Shown here piece by piece: positions 1-11,898 of a DNA stretch of 64,000 bases. The DNA is from an uncultured Gammaproteobacteria bacterium. Its GTDB lineage: Bacteria; Pseudomonadota; Gammaproteobacteria; CAWCPV01. Position 1 is the stretch's first letter. Each line of letters begins with the position of its first letter. The position numbers were made by a program, and so were the translations under genes. Location of the stretch: positions 1-64,000 of the forward strand of contig CAWCPV010000011.1 of the NCBI GenBank assembly GCA_963797555.1, in the 5' to 3' direction. Under the pieces are notes generated by a model. The model ran no database searches. It was not told where the DNA came from and saw only the letters and a list, made by a program, of their open reading frames with translations.

Positions 1-176
1 AACTGAGACACTACCAGGGTGGAGGTGCGGATCGGGGTACCGGAGGCATCGGAAACCGGCCCGGCCCACCACCGGCTCTCCACGCCGCGCTGTCCGCGGG
101 CCCGAGAAGGCCGGAGTCGCCGGATCGGCGGCCCGAGCGGATCTCGGCTCGCTCGCCGCCGCCAGCCGCGTACTCA

Positions 177-392
177 GAGGTTGGGAAGAAATCGTCGCGA
201 GCGGCCCGAGAGCGAGGCGCGCGGAGCGCAGCGACGAGACGTATCAAGCAGATAGGCGAGGAGCGACCGAATGGCAGGACAGCCATTCGGCACGTCCGCG
301 GGACGCCCCAAAGGGGTGGCGTACAGGGAGGTACGCCATGACCGCCGCGCAACGCCGCTGTCGGGGCACACAGCAGATTTGTTCACAAGCTC
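177..392. mobile_element. MITE, full-length 216-bp copy
   Basis: Imperfect terminal IRs GAGGTTGGGAAGAAATC / GATTTGTTCACAAGCTC, TCA on both flanks (174-176, 393-395); highly similar, same-length copy at 51479-51694. Confidence 0.85.
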
Positions 393-1905
393 TCACTAGA
401 TCGGCGCTCCGAGGGTCGCGAAACCCGTCCGGCCGCCAGATCGAAGCGTTCCTGGATAGCCGCATCCGGCGCCTTGCCCAGCAGGCTCACCAGAACGATG
501 GCGGCCATCGAGAAGGCGAAGCCGGGAACCAGCTCGTAGAGGTCGAAGATGCCGCCGCTCAGCTTCCGCCACACCACCACGATGATGCCGCCCACGACAA
601 TGCCGGCGAGGGCGCCGTCGCGCGTCATGCGCCGCCAGTACAGGGACAGGAGGATGGTAGGCCCGAAAGCTGCCCCGAAGCCGGCCCAGGCGTGGGCCAC
701 GAGGTCTAGTACTTTGCTGTCCGGCTTGAAAGCCAGCCAGCAGGCGACGCCGGAGACCGCGAGCACCGCGCCGCGCCCGACCCACATCAGCTCGCGAGGA
801 CTCGCGGCCGGCCGCAGGAACGCCTTGTAAAAGTCCTCGGACAGCGCCGAGGCGGACACCAAGAGTTGGGCGCTGGCGGTGCTCATGATCGCGGCCAGGA
901 TGGCCGCGAGCAGCGCGCCAGCGACAACCGGGTCGAAAAGCAGCAGCGACAGCTTGCTGAAGACTTTCTCGCTGTCGCTCCCGGACAGCGGCGGGCGGAA
1001 GTAGCCCACACCGGCAATGCCCACGAGCACCGCCCCGAGAAGCGTGAGTGTGACCCAGCTCACCGCGATCCAGCGCGCCTCGGGATCTGTTCTTTGGAGC
1101 GGATGGCCATGAAGCGCCGGGCAGAATGTGGGGCTGACCGAAGTACCCCAGACCCCATCCCAAGAGGGAGACGAGGGCGACCACCGACAGGGTGCGCCCG
1201 TCGGAGGACACCCAGGGGTTCAGCATCGCCGTGTCGGACAACGTCAACGCCGCTAGCGTCCGCTCCCAGCCGCCTTGGTGCAAGATGGCCATGAGCGGGA
1301 GCACCACGAGCGCGACTAACATCATTAACCCCTGAGACCATTTCCGTCCAGCACACCGCGAAGAATCCGCCGATGAAAGTGTAGGCCACCACTACCAGAG
1401 CGCCGGCGGCGACGGCCCAGCGATAGTCCAGGCCGAACACCGACTGGAACAGCTTGCCCCCGGCGACGAAACCGGAGCTCGTGTAGAAGGCGAAGAACAG
1501 CAGGATGAAGAAGGCGGTGATGACCCGCAGGACCCGGGTGCGGTCGTTGAAGCGGCGCTCGAAGAAATCGGGCAAGGTCAGCGCGTTGCCGGCAAGCTCC
1601 GTGTAGCGGCGAAGCCGACGCGCCACGAGCCGCCAGTTGAGGTAGGTGCCGGCCAGCAACCCCAGGGCGATCCATCCCGCCCGGAATCCGAACGTGTAAG
1701 CGAAGCCCGGGAGCCCGAGCATCAGCCATCCGCTCATGTCCGACGCCTCCGCGCTAAGAGCGGACACCCAGTAGCCCAGACGTTGGCTTCCCAGGATGTA
1801 GTCCGCGAAGTCCTGCGTGGAGCGGTAGGCCACCACCCCGATGCCCATCATGGCAGCGACATAGACAGCCATGACGGCTGTGATCAGGGAGGCGTCCTGC
1901 ACCAT
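383..1905 (-). pseudogene. putP: Na+/proline symporter PutP, split by about 3 frameshifts (real or sequencing error)
   Basis: SALSAEASDMSGWLMLGLPG, GWGLGYFGQPHI, RFMAIRS, AAIMSTASAQLLV and AWAGFGAAFGP motifs spread over three frames. Confidence 0.85.
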
Positions 1906-2168
1906 GGTGGGCCGTACAACCGTTCTTGGCTAGGGGCGTGGAGCTGGTAGATTGCCGCACCGCGGTGCGGGTGTCGATAGCGTTAAGCTCTCGGCATGCC
2001 GTCGCGGAAAGAACTGACCGTGAGTCCACCGCCCCAACCGTGGCGCCGCCCGCTCACGCGGAATACCCGGCCCTGCATCCACGTCAGCAGTATGGACAGC
2101 CGGATGGACTGGCGGATAGAATCGCCAAGCCGACTGGGCATCCATCTCTACTTTTTGGGGGAAAACCA

Positions 2169-2429
2169 ATGAAAAGGATCGCTGTCGTATTTGCCGCCTC
2201 CTTGGCCTGCTTGGTTCTGTCCGGACCCGTCGCCGTCAGCGCGGCGGAAGCGACCAAGGCTCCGACCAAAGCTCTGACCCCGCAGCAACAGCGGATGAAG
2301 GACTGCAACAAGGATGCGGCCGAAAAGAAGCTGCACGGAGCCGAGCGCAAGAAGTTCATGAAGGAGTGCCTGTCTACCAAGCCCAAGGCACCCGCCTCCG
2401 AGACTGCCCCGCCGCAGCAAGGGAAGTAA
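2169..2429 (+). CDS. PsiF-repeat family secreted protein
   Basis: Signal peptide, then QQQRMKDCNKDA...GAERKKFMKECLS (PsiF repeat). Confidence 0.85.
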   Translation: MKRIAVVFAASLACLVLSGPVAVSAAEATKAPTKALTPQQQRMKDCNKDAAEKKLHGAERKKFMKECLSTKPKAPASETAPPQQGK

Positions 2430-2785
2430 ACGCCGACCCGGAGAACCGGGCCACCGCGCTCAACGGATCTCTACCGGTAGAGCACGGGAAAGCAGCCCGG
2501 CCGGAGCAGCAGGCGCACCGCCATCTGGTGCCTGTGCCTCCCGGCCGGGAGGTCCGCGACATCTCCTCGAAAGCCCGGCCGACGCCGGGCTCGACTCTTA
2601 CGCGAGCATTGACCTCATTCCCTGGCACGAGCCTGCCGCAAAGGCCGTACTCTCCAACAACTCTTCGCGGCGACCAGGACATGGTCTCCGATGGCCGTCC
2701 ACTGGGCAGGCAGCGCTGGGACACCGCAGCTGGTGATCGAGGCGGCCGAGCTCGCCTCTTCAGGGCGCGCCCCCTGGCCGGGGCC

Positions 2786-4365
<1,580 letters not shown>

Positions 4366-4480
4366 GATTCGCGGGGGCTTGTTACCCACTCGGGACGCAC
4401 AACATCGGTTTGCCATGCCTGGATGTGCCGCGCCCCGGCCTATTCCAGCACGCGATTTGGCCGCATTTCCCTCGGTGCAA

Positions 4481-4700
4481 TCAGCCTTTGTATTCGATCA
4501 TGTAGCGGATGGCAGCCTTGATGTCGTCGATGGTGCACGTCTTGCACGTGCCCTTTGGCCGCATCACTCGTTCCCCGCACTCGGCCCTTCGTGCCAGCCT
4601 GTCGATGTTCTCCTCGGTGGGTTCCGGCCACGGCCATCGGTTACCGCAACGGACGTATCCGCGGGCTGCGCGCCCAGCGCGACCTGAGCCAGGAGCCCGA
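4481..4700 (-). pseudogene. Cytochrome c5 duplicate lacking the heme-binding segment
   Basis: Near-identical to 10619-10900 but missing the segment (~10785-10856) that encodes CRLCH. Confidence 0.8.
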
Positions 4701-4815
4701 TGACTTCCCGTCGCCCAGTCGACCCTCTTACCCACAGCGCTGCCCGAGAACGAATCGGCTTCGCAGATCTGCTGACGAGTCCACAAACGAGGTCAGTCAA
4801 TTCCGTGCGGTCTGG

Positions 4816-6086
4816 TCATCGGCTCGTGTTGATGGCTTCGGCGGGGGGGGCGAAGCCCTCCGGCCATCGAGTCCTCTGGTCGTAATAGGAGTGCAGATCG
4901 GCTTCACTGAGATCCGCACCGCTCAGGTCTACCCCGCTCAAATTAGCCCCGGTCAGATTCGCATGAGACAAGGCGGCCCCTAGCAAATGAGCTTCTGCCA
5001 GGTCGGCCGTAGACAGGTCCGCATGGTTCAGTCTGGCGTCAGTCAGGTTCGAGCCGACCAGGTTAGCGTGGTGCAAAGTCGCATGACTCAGATTGACCCG
5101 ACTCAGGTTGGCTCCGGGCATATAGGCTTCGAACAAGAATGCCTGGCTGAGGTCCGCGTCAGTCATGTCGGTCCGGGTCAGGTTCAGCTTGCTCAACACG
5201 GCGCCCACCAGCTTCGCCCCGCTCAAGTTGGCATTTTCCAGATTGGAGTAAGCCAGATCTGCCCTTTCGAGGTTGGCTCCGCTCAGGTTAGCGCCTGCGA
5301 GATCAGCCGCTGCCAGACCGGCCCCAGTCAGATCGGCGCCCGCGAGGTCAGCGCCCGTCAGTCTGGCCTTATCGAGCGCGCATTCGATCAGGATGGCCCC
5401 GCCTCTGAGATTGGCCCCGCTGAGGTCGGATCCCACCAGCTTGGCGCGGGTGAGATCGGCGCCGATGAGGTTGGCGCCCGCGATATGTGCGCCGCTCAAG
5501 TCGGCCCCACGTAGCTTGGCCGCGCGCAGATTCGCTTCGGCCAGCCCGGCGCCTCTCAGGTCGGCCTCGCTCAGGTCAGCGGTACTGAGTGCGGCCTTGT
5601 TCAGCGTTATCCCGCACAGTCTGGCCCCGGTCAGATCGACGTTCGCCAAATCGGCCTCGGTCAGATCTGCTTCGGTGAGGTCGGCTCCCCGCAAGATGGC
5701 GCCAGCCAGACGGGCCCCACTCATGCGGGCGTTTCGCAGGTTGGCGCCGCTGAAGTCGCAGCGCTCCATCTGTATGCCGGTGAGATCGGCGGCGCTCAGG
5801 TCAGCGCCCCGAAGCTGGACCTCCGTCGAAGCCACCCCGGTCAGATTGGCCCCGCACAGCCTCGCCTCGGTCAAGTTGGCCCGGCTGAGATTCGCGCTTC
5901 GCAAGTCGGCCCCCCCCAAGTCGGCCCATTCCAAGCTGGCGCCGCTCATATCGGCACCCTTGAGGTCGGCTTTGCTGAGGTTGAGCGTAGTGAGCTTAAT
6001 CCGCTCAGGTCCAAACCGGCCAATCGTGGCCGCTCTCCGGCTTGGATCAGCGCCAGCATCAGTTGTTGTCGGGTAATCTCTCCCAT
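4816..6086 (-). CDS. Pentapeptide-repeat protein with a -1 frameshift near 5997
   Basis: Continuous A(D/N)LxX repeats; C-terminal YDQRTRWPEGF; N-terminus MGEITRQQL. The paralogous copy reads CTTCAAT where this one reads CTTAAT. Confidence 0.85.
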
Positions 6087-6328
6087 TCCATTCCTCTGTC
6101 CGGGCCGTTCCGGGCGGAATCGTTCCGCGGCCACCGCGAGTCTCGCCTCACGGTGGCCGATTGTCTTCGTAAACCCGCTGAGCAGACCGCCAAGTGAGGC
6201 CCGCATCACGGGGTTTCCAGCTATCCGCATAGCCCGCCCGTTGGGGCGGGCGCTACAGCGCCTTCGGATGCTGCGCCCCGGCGGCGTTTGTCGGGCAAGG
6301 CCGGGCCGAGAGGCGTGCCGATGCCTCC

Positions 6329-6772
6329 CTAGGCCCTGGGCGAGGTTTCGCCGGGATCCGTGCGGCGAGGGTGTCGGCTGGCTGCCCAGGGATCGCCGTG
6401 CTCCCTCACCTCGGTGATGGGGATGCAGTCACCCACCGAGTAATTATTGAGCGTGGTCCGCTTGTGCACGACCGAAACGATGTAGCGCTCGGGTCCGTCC
6501 TGAACGCAGATCACGTCGAACTGGTCGCAGAGGCAGGGGCTCAGGGCCACGAGGGCGGCGGGGTGCGGCTTTGCCTCCCCCGTGTGGATGAACGCCACTC
6601 TGCCTGGGAGCAGGCTTTGTCCTTCGCGGGGCGCCGCGCCGCAACGGAACCACGGCTCGCCCAACCTGCTCTCCACCTCCGACAGGGTTTCCTGAAGCGG
6701 GCCTTCCCCCGGCGTCAAATGGAAGACGGACACGACATGTCCCTTGTGGACAGCTTCCTTTATCGACAGCAT
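6329..6772 (-). CDS. Hypothetical protein (MLSIKEAVHKGHVVSVFH...)
   Basis: GGAGG RBS before the ATG; protein-like composition; no family recognised. Confidence 0.55.
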   Translation of the reverse strand: MLSIKEAVHKGHVVSVFHLTPGEGPLQETLSEVESRLGEPWFRCGAAPREGQSLLPGRVAFIHTGEAKPHPAALVALSPCLCDQFDVICVQDGPERYIVSVVHKRTTLNNYSVGDCIPITEVREHGDPWAASRHPRRTDPGETSPRA

Positions 6773-6843
6773 CTTCGGTATCCTCCATCGGTCGGGCCGG
6801 CGGGCAGGTCTGCGGGGCGCTGCCCAACGCCACAAGGTAAGCG

Positions 6844-7044
6844 TCATGATACTGCCCCTGATAGCCCGCCTCCCCCAAGTCGGCCCCCCAAGCTGGCGTC
6901 CATCATATCGGCACCCTTGAGGTCGGCTTTGCTGAGGTTGAGCGTAGCGAGCTTCAATCCGCTCAGGTCCAAACCGGCCAATCGTGGCCGCTCTCCGGCT
7001 TGGATCGGCGCGAGCATCAGTTGTTGTCGGGTAATCTCTGCCAT
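6844..7044 (-). pseudogene. Truncated duplicate of the pentapeptide-repeat gene N-terminus
   Basis: 6872-7230 is a direct repeat of ~5912-6272; starts MAEITRQQL and degenerates after ~55 codons. Confidence 0.8.
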
Positions 7045-7249
7045 TCCATCCCCTGTCCGGGCCGCTCCGGACGGGATAAGTGTAAGGTCGCGGCCACCGC
7101 GAGTCTCGCTTCACGGTGGCGATTCGTAAAGGGAGACCGCCAAGTGCGGCCCGCGTCACGGGTTTCTAGCTATCCGCATGGCCCGCCCTGTTGGGGCCAG
7201 CGCTACCGCGCCGGCGACGCCTTCGGATGCCCGGAACCGTCGGTCTGCG

Positions 7250-8653
7250 CTACGCCGCGGCCTGGGCCGATCCTTGCCTCTCCGACTGTGCGGAGTGGGG
7301 TTGTGCCAGGTTTTCAGCCAGGATTTCCATCAGGCTCTGAACTTTCTTGTCCAAGTGCAAGTGCTGCTGGCCGTCGTCCAAGGTCATGCGACAGTTGGAA
7401 CAGGTCGTCGCGAACAGTTCTGCCCCGGTCGCCTCCACCTGGTCCATCTTCATCCTGTAAACCTTGTAGCGCAGGGCGTCTGGCCTGTGCATGGCCACCA
7501 CGCCACCCCCGCCGCCGCAGCACCAGGCCATCGTGCCGTGCTCCTTCATCTCGCGCAGATCCAGCCCGAGCGCCTTCATGATATCCCTGGCATCGTTCAC
7601 GGCGCCGCCGCGGCGGGTGAGTTGGCAAGGGTCGTGAAATGTGAGCGACTTCGTGTACGGCCTCAGCTTCAGCTTGCCTTCTCGGATGAGCTTATTCACC
7701 AACTCGGTGATGTGTACCACTTCGAACGGCAAGGGTTTCCCATAGAAATTGGCTCCCGCCCAGCGCAGGGCAGGGTACGCGTGGCCGCACTCCGGCACCA
7801 CCATCATCTTCGCCCCGATCTTGATGGCGGTATTGATGAGCTTCAGGGAGAACTCCTTCTGCAAGGGCACCGACCCCGAGAACAAGCCGAAGTTGGTCGC
7901 CTCGTAGCCGTCGCTGCGGATGGTCCAGTCCACGCCAGCATACTGGAAGATCTTCGCCACCGCTGCGATGGACGCGGGATACTTCATGATCTCGATGGAA
8001 GAAAAGATCATCATCACGTCGGCTTGCTCCCGATCCAGCGGGATCTCGACCTCCTGCTCTTCGGCGACCCACTTGAGGCGCTCCACCAGAACCTCCGGGG
8101 TCGCCCCCAGCGGACTGCCTTCCATGTGGGCGCGCTCGGTGGACGCCCACAGCTCGTGCGGCACCATCTGGGCGGCGGCGAAGGCGTGTCGCGCGAGGCT
8201 CACCAGGCTGGCGATATCGATGCTCATCGGGCAGACCATGCTGCAGCGTCCGCAGACCGTGCAGGAGTCGTACACCAACTCCTGCCAATCCACCAGGTCC
8301 CGAACGGTGAAGCCCCTGTCCACCAACCGATACCACCAGCGGAAGGGACCCTTCTCGCGCCGATAAGTGCGCCGCATCAGTTCCAGCTTGCGGATCGGGA
8401 CATACTTGGGGTTCTTGGTCTGCACGTAGAACGGGCAGGCCTCGGCGCATTGGCCGCAGTGGATGCAGGACTCCAGCCACACCCCCGTGTCCGTCCAGGA
8501 CGAGTCGCGCACGAAGGCGCCCACCGCGCGTGCTACCCGCTCTTCATCGCTGAGGTCGCCCTGCATGTCGATGCGCTGCTCCGGTTTGACCACGGTGTGC
8601 CTGGTCTCGTCCAGGGCAAGGATCTCTGGGATTTGGGATTGAACGTCGCTCAT
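7250..8653 (-). CDS. Fe-S oxidoreductase, HdrD/HmcF/GlpC-like (two 4Fe-4S motifs plus CCG domains)
   Basis: CIHCGQCAEACP, CTVCGRCSMVCP, PECGH, HDPC, CCGGGGG, CSNC. Confidence 0.9.
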   Translation of the reverse strand: MSDVQSQIPEILALDETRHTVVKPEQRIDMQGDLSDEERVARAVGAFVRDSSWTDTGVWLESCIHCGQCAEACPFYVQTKNPKYVPIRKLELMRRTYRREKGPFRWWYRLVDRGFTVRDLVDWQELVYDSCTVCGRCSMVCPMSIDIASLVSLARHAFAAAQMVPHELWASTERAHMEGSPLGATPEVLVERLKWVAEEQEVEIPLDREQADVMMIFSSIEIMKYPASIAAVAKIFQYAGVDWTIRSDGYEATNFGLFSGSVPLQKEFSLKLINTAIKIGAKMMVVPECGHAYPALRWAGANFYGKPLPFEVVHITELVNKLIREGKLKLRPYTKSLTFHDPCQLTRRGGAVNDARDIMKALGLDLREMKEHGTMAWCCGGGGGVVAMHRPDALRYKVYRMKMDQVEATGAELFATTCSNCRMTLDDGQQHLHLDKKVQSLMEILAENLAQPHSAQSERQGSAQAAA

Positions 8654-9300
8654 GCCCGTACCCCCTTCCGCTCGAAGGCGGCCCCTTCGATGAATCGCGC
8701 CGGTATGAAGAAGAAGGCGTGCATCAGCTTGCCGAACGGGAACCAGATCAACAGCAGGTCGAATGTCAGGACGTGAATCCCGAGCATCGTCGGCGGTCCC
8801 AAACGAGTGTAAACCATGAGGCCGGTGACCAGCACCGCCAGCACGATGAGCGAGCTGAGGTAGTCGTCCCAGTCCGAAATGGCCCGTAACACCGGGTTGA
8901 TCAGACGGCGCCCGAGGAGGACAACCAAGGCGAACGTCGTTATTCCGGCAAACAAAACCACCACCTCGGTGGGTAGGCCCTGCCACGATAGGCCGGTCAG
9001 GTCCTTGATGACGAATATGTGTGGCAAGGACCCGAACACCGTGATGGCGAGCCCGATATGGAATACGTAGCCCATGAGGAGCTGGAACGATGTGGCCTCG
9101 AAGAACTCACGGTGCGGCCACATGCGCGTGAACACGGTCCGCACGCCACCCCATCGGCTTGCGGTTGGGCGAGGCGTCGTGAAATCGGGCCTGCGCGCAA
9201 GGAGCAGCCGCATAGCCACCAAGCGCCAAGTGGCACCGACAAAGAACAACGCCAGGGACCAGTGAAGTGCGGGACCGCTCGCAAACTCGTACAGAGTCAT
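8650..9300 (-). CDS. NarI/HmcE-like membrane b-type cytochrome
   Basis: Five hydrophobic segments, conserved His (FHIG, PHI, IHV), FPFGKLMH motif; stop overlaps the next ATG. Confidence 0.85.
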   Translation of the reverse strand: MTLYEFASGPALHWSLALFFVGATWRLVAMRLLLARRPDFTTPRPTASRWGGVRTVFTRMWPHREFFEATSFQLLMGYVFHIGLAITVFGSLPHIFVIKDLTGLSWQGLPTEVVVLFAGITTFALVVLLGRRLINPVLRAISDWDDYLSSLIVLAVLVTGLMVYTRLGPPTMLGIHVLTFDLLLIWFPFGKLMHAFFFIPARFIEGAAFERKGVRA

Positions 9301-9401
9301 GACTTCCCTCCTCTCCTTGGGGGTTTTCCCCTGTCCATGTTTGGGTCGCCCCGTCGGGCGAGCCGCTTAAGTCGGGACTCAAATAAGTTACGATTACCGT
9401 T

Positions 9402-9430
9402 AAGTAAATACCAAGCCAGGCGCTTGTCAA
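9402..9430 (-). promoter_or_regulatory. Putative sigma70 promoter for the narI-like/hdrD-like operon
   Basis: Perfect TTGACA (9430-9425) followed by an AT-rich but imperfect -10 region. Confidence 0.4.
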
Positions 9431-9645
9431 GCTGGGTTGGTAAGTGAGTAAAAACCCTACCTTGCACGGCCGCCAAATCTCGTCTATAGGAGCTGTGGCG
9501 CCGAAGCGAAACGCAATAAGAAGGGTGAGGCGAACCTGCATATCAACCGGTTGGCGCTTCCTAACGGGTAGGGAATGGTTAATGATCGCGCCGGGCCGCC
9601 CGGCAGGAACCGCGCGGCCCTCAGGGCTACGTCTCGGCGGACTTG

Positions 9646-9996
9646 TCAGGCCGCCTTCAGGACGACTTCGGCCTCCTCGCTCAGCACACGGCAGATCTCG
9701 TTGAAGTCCGCCTTGGCCGTTTCCACGAACACCCCGAGGTGGCCGATCACGCAGATGGAATAGTCACCGCCCGACACTGCCCAGCCTTGGAAGGGTAACC
9801 AGTCCATCCCGGTCATCCGGCTCAGAGCAGCCACCTCGGTAGCTCCGATAAGAGCCTTGCCCGCGCATAGCGTCGCGATGTAGCGAGCCGTCTCCCTCGG
9901 GAAGTCGCCCTTGTACGATATTAGCCCCCCGTCGGCGGAAAACTCGCCAGCGGCCACCGCGCCGCCCAAACTCATCACTCGGTTGAGGTTTGCCAT
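9646..9996 (-). CDS. DUF2173 family protein
   Basis: GAVAAGEFSADG...GMDWLPFQGWAVSGGDYSIC...GVFVETAKADFNE pattern; GGAGG RBS. Confidence 0.75.
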   Translation of the reverse strand: MANLNRVMSLGGAVAAGEFSADGGLISYKGDFPRETARYIATLCAGKALIGATEVAALSRMTGMDWLPFQGWAVSGGDYSICVIGHLGVFVETAKADFNEICRVLSEEAEVVLKAA

Positions 9997-10169
9997 CAGC
10001 TACCTCCTCGCTCTGTGCGCAGAGCGCATGTGCAACCCGCGAACGTCCCTTTTTCCGAGCGTTCATCTTAAAGGTTAGCACGGCACTGGTCTGCGTGGTT
10101 GAAGGGGACGTTTAGTGGCTGGGAGAACGACGATTGCTGCACCTACACGCAAGGAGGTTGGGGAGCCCC

Positions 10170-10562
10170 TCTTTGGCCTGTTCGATGCCCATGCGTTCTC
10201 GCCACGCGGCCACCGCTGGACTGTCACCGGGCAGCGGGGCATGAGGGTCGCGCTCGGGGTCTTTGGGCTTTTGTACCGGGGCGTAGACCGTGGTCCCAGC
10301 GCTGGTGGCCGCTTCAATGGCCTGCTTGTTGGCAAAGCCCCCATCGACCAGGGTCTGTTCAGGGAGCACTTGATAACGCTCGGCAAGCTGTTCCAGCATC
10401 GGCACCATCTCGCCTTGGTCGCTGCCTGCGTTGCCGAACTCGACCCCCACCACGATCTGGGTTTCGGTGTCGGTGCAAAACTGGCTGTTGAAGGCCGGAC
10501 GGAACCCGCCGTCGGCCATCTTCATCACCCGCGCCTCGGGGTCGGTGGTGGAAACCCGTGCC
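10170..10562 (-). mobile_element. IS1182-family transposase internal fragment
   Basis: RVSTTDPEARVMKMADGGFRPAFN...SDQG...LVDGGF; no start and no C-terminus. Confidence 0.8.
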
Positions 10563-10618
10563 TGGCCGCGCCCAAGCCTATTCCAGCACGCGATTTGGCT
10601 GCATTTCCCTCGGTGCAA

Positions 10619-10933
10619 TCAGCCTTTGTATTCGATCATGTAGCGGATGGCAGCCTTGATGTCGTCGATGGTGCACGTCTTGCACGTGCCCTTTGGCCGC
10701 ATCACTCGTTCCCCGCACTCGGCCCTTCGTGCCAGCCTGTCGATGTTCTCCTCCGTCGGCTCCGGCCACACGAATCGGTTACCGGGCTGGGGAGCCCCGT
10801 GCAGACCCACGTCGTGGCACAGGCGACAACGCTCCTCGTAGACGGCCTTTCCCCGCGCAACGGACGTGTCCGCGGCTTGCGCACCCAGCGCGACCTGGCC
10901 CAGGAGCACGATGATCAACGCAATGAATTTCAC
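10619..10933 (-). CDS. Cytochrome c5 family protein
   Basis: Signal peptide, CRLCH heme motif, GAP, MRPKGTCKTC (axial Met plus c5-type CxxC). Confidence 0.9.
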   Translation of the reverse strand: MKFIALIIVLLGQVALGAQAADTSVARGKAVYEERCRLCHDVGLHGAPQPGNRFVWPEPTEENIDRLARRAECGERVMRPKGTCKTCTIDDIKAAIRYMIEYKG

Positions 10934-11898
10934 GACGCACCTCCGCGTCAGATGAGCGAGCCGGGCAGCTCGCTCGGACGACCTCTCCCCCCAGAACGCT
11001 GCCCAAAAATGAATCGGCCCGCGCCCAGGGCATTCGTCCATGTTGCTCTTCCCTGTGAGCGACATCTTGCATCCAGGCGGGCGAGCCGTCAATCACCGCG
11101 GACATCGCATGAGGTGATCGGTCGGCTGACTCGGCAGGAAGCCCCCAAGGGGCGGATTCATGCGACGTCGGATATTTTTTGGCTTGTTTAAGCACAAGGT
11201 AACCACGGAACCAGAGCCCGAACCTGAGCCCGTTGTGAGCGCACTCTCGCACACGGTTCTGACAATTTATTCAGAAGCTTTCAGTCCTCTGCTCCATGGC
11301 CGGGCGACGCCGTCCTCGGGGCTCTGGACTGGAAGGCCGTCCATCAGAAGCTGCGCGGCAAGGCGCGCAAGGCGCTGCAGCGTATGTGGGGGTACTTCGA
11401 GAGCGCCGCTCACCGGCCTACCAGGACGTATTTGGCGGCTCGCTATCACTATCGCCTCGGGGGTCCTGGAAGGGGCCTGCCCCTGGGGTGGTCAACGACC
11501 GTATGGAAGGCGCTGAGGTGCACCGGGTCTTCAAGCGCTCTCACGCCGTGCTAGCGCTGCCTAACGTCTCTCTCAGCCCTGCGCCCGGCGCCCATGGCGT
11601 TTCGCATGAAACAGAACTCTCTGCCCCTGTATCCCCAATCCGCAGCCAACGACCAGGACATGACCTTGCCGTGCGTCGCCCAGCGGGCGAAGAGAACGGG
11701 TCGCGCCCAAGAGAGACGCCGACCCTATCGAATAACGACGAAACGGGGTATCCATTTCGCTCTCGGACACCGCCGGTCCGGGTTCGGCGCCCGAGAGCTA
11801 ACGACGCCCTGCTATTTTTGGAAACCCTTGAATGGGCTAAACGGGCTAAACGTGCACGCCAAATCGGGTCGGGTAGATCGGCCGGCGGTCAGGCCTAG

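Noticed and set aside
4987-6076. Plus-strand repetitive ORFs (RSAP repeats) and 15-bp periodicity suggesting a repeat array or CRISPR
   Set aside because: Antisense shadow of the pentapeptide gene; no constant repeat-spacer structure and no cas genes
6090-6290. Known riboswitch (e.g. c-di-GMP-I) in the pentapeptide leader
   Set aside because: Could not match consensus motifs by eye
7178-8776. 532-aa plus-strand ORF and similar long antisense ORFs (e.g. 48824-49861, 54107-55330)
   Set aside because: GC-rich shadow frames opposite well-supported genes
10085-10170. Fragment GWENDDCCTYTQGGWGAP resembling a secreted-protein motif
   Set aside because: Too short, truncated by the IS1182 relic, and not assignable
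11100-11890. Several ORFs between cytochrome c5 and the ABM gene
   Set aside because: No recognisable motifs or RBS; probably decayed or non-coding DNA
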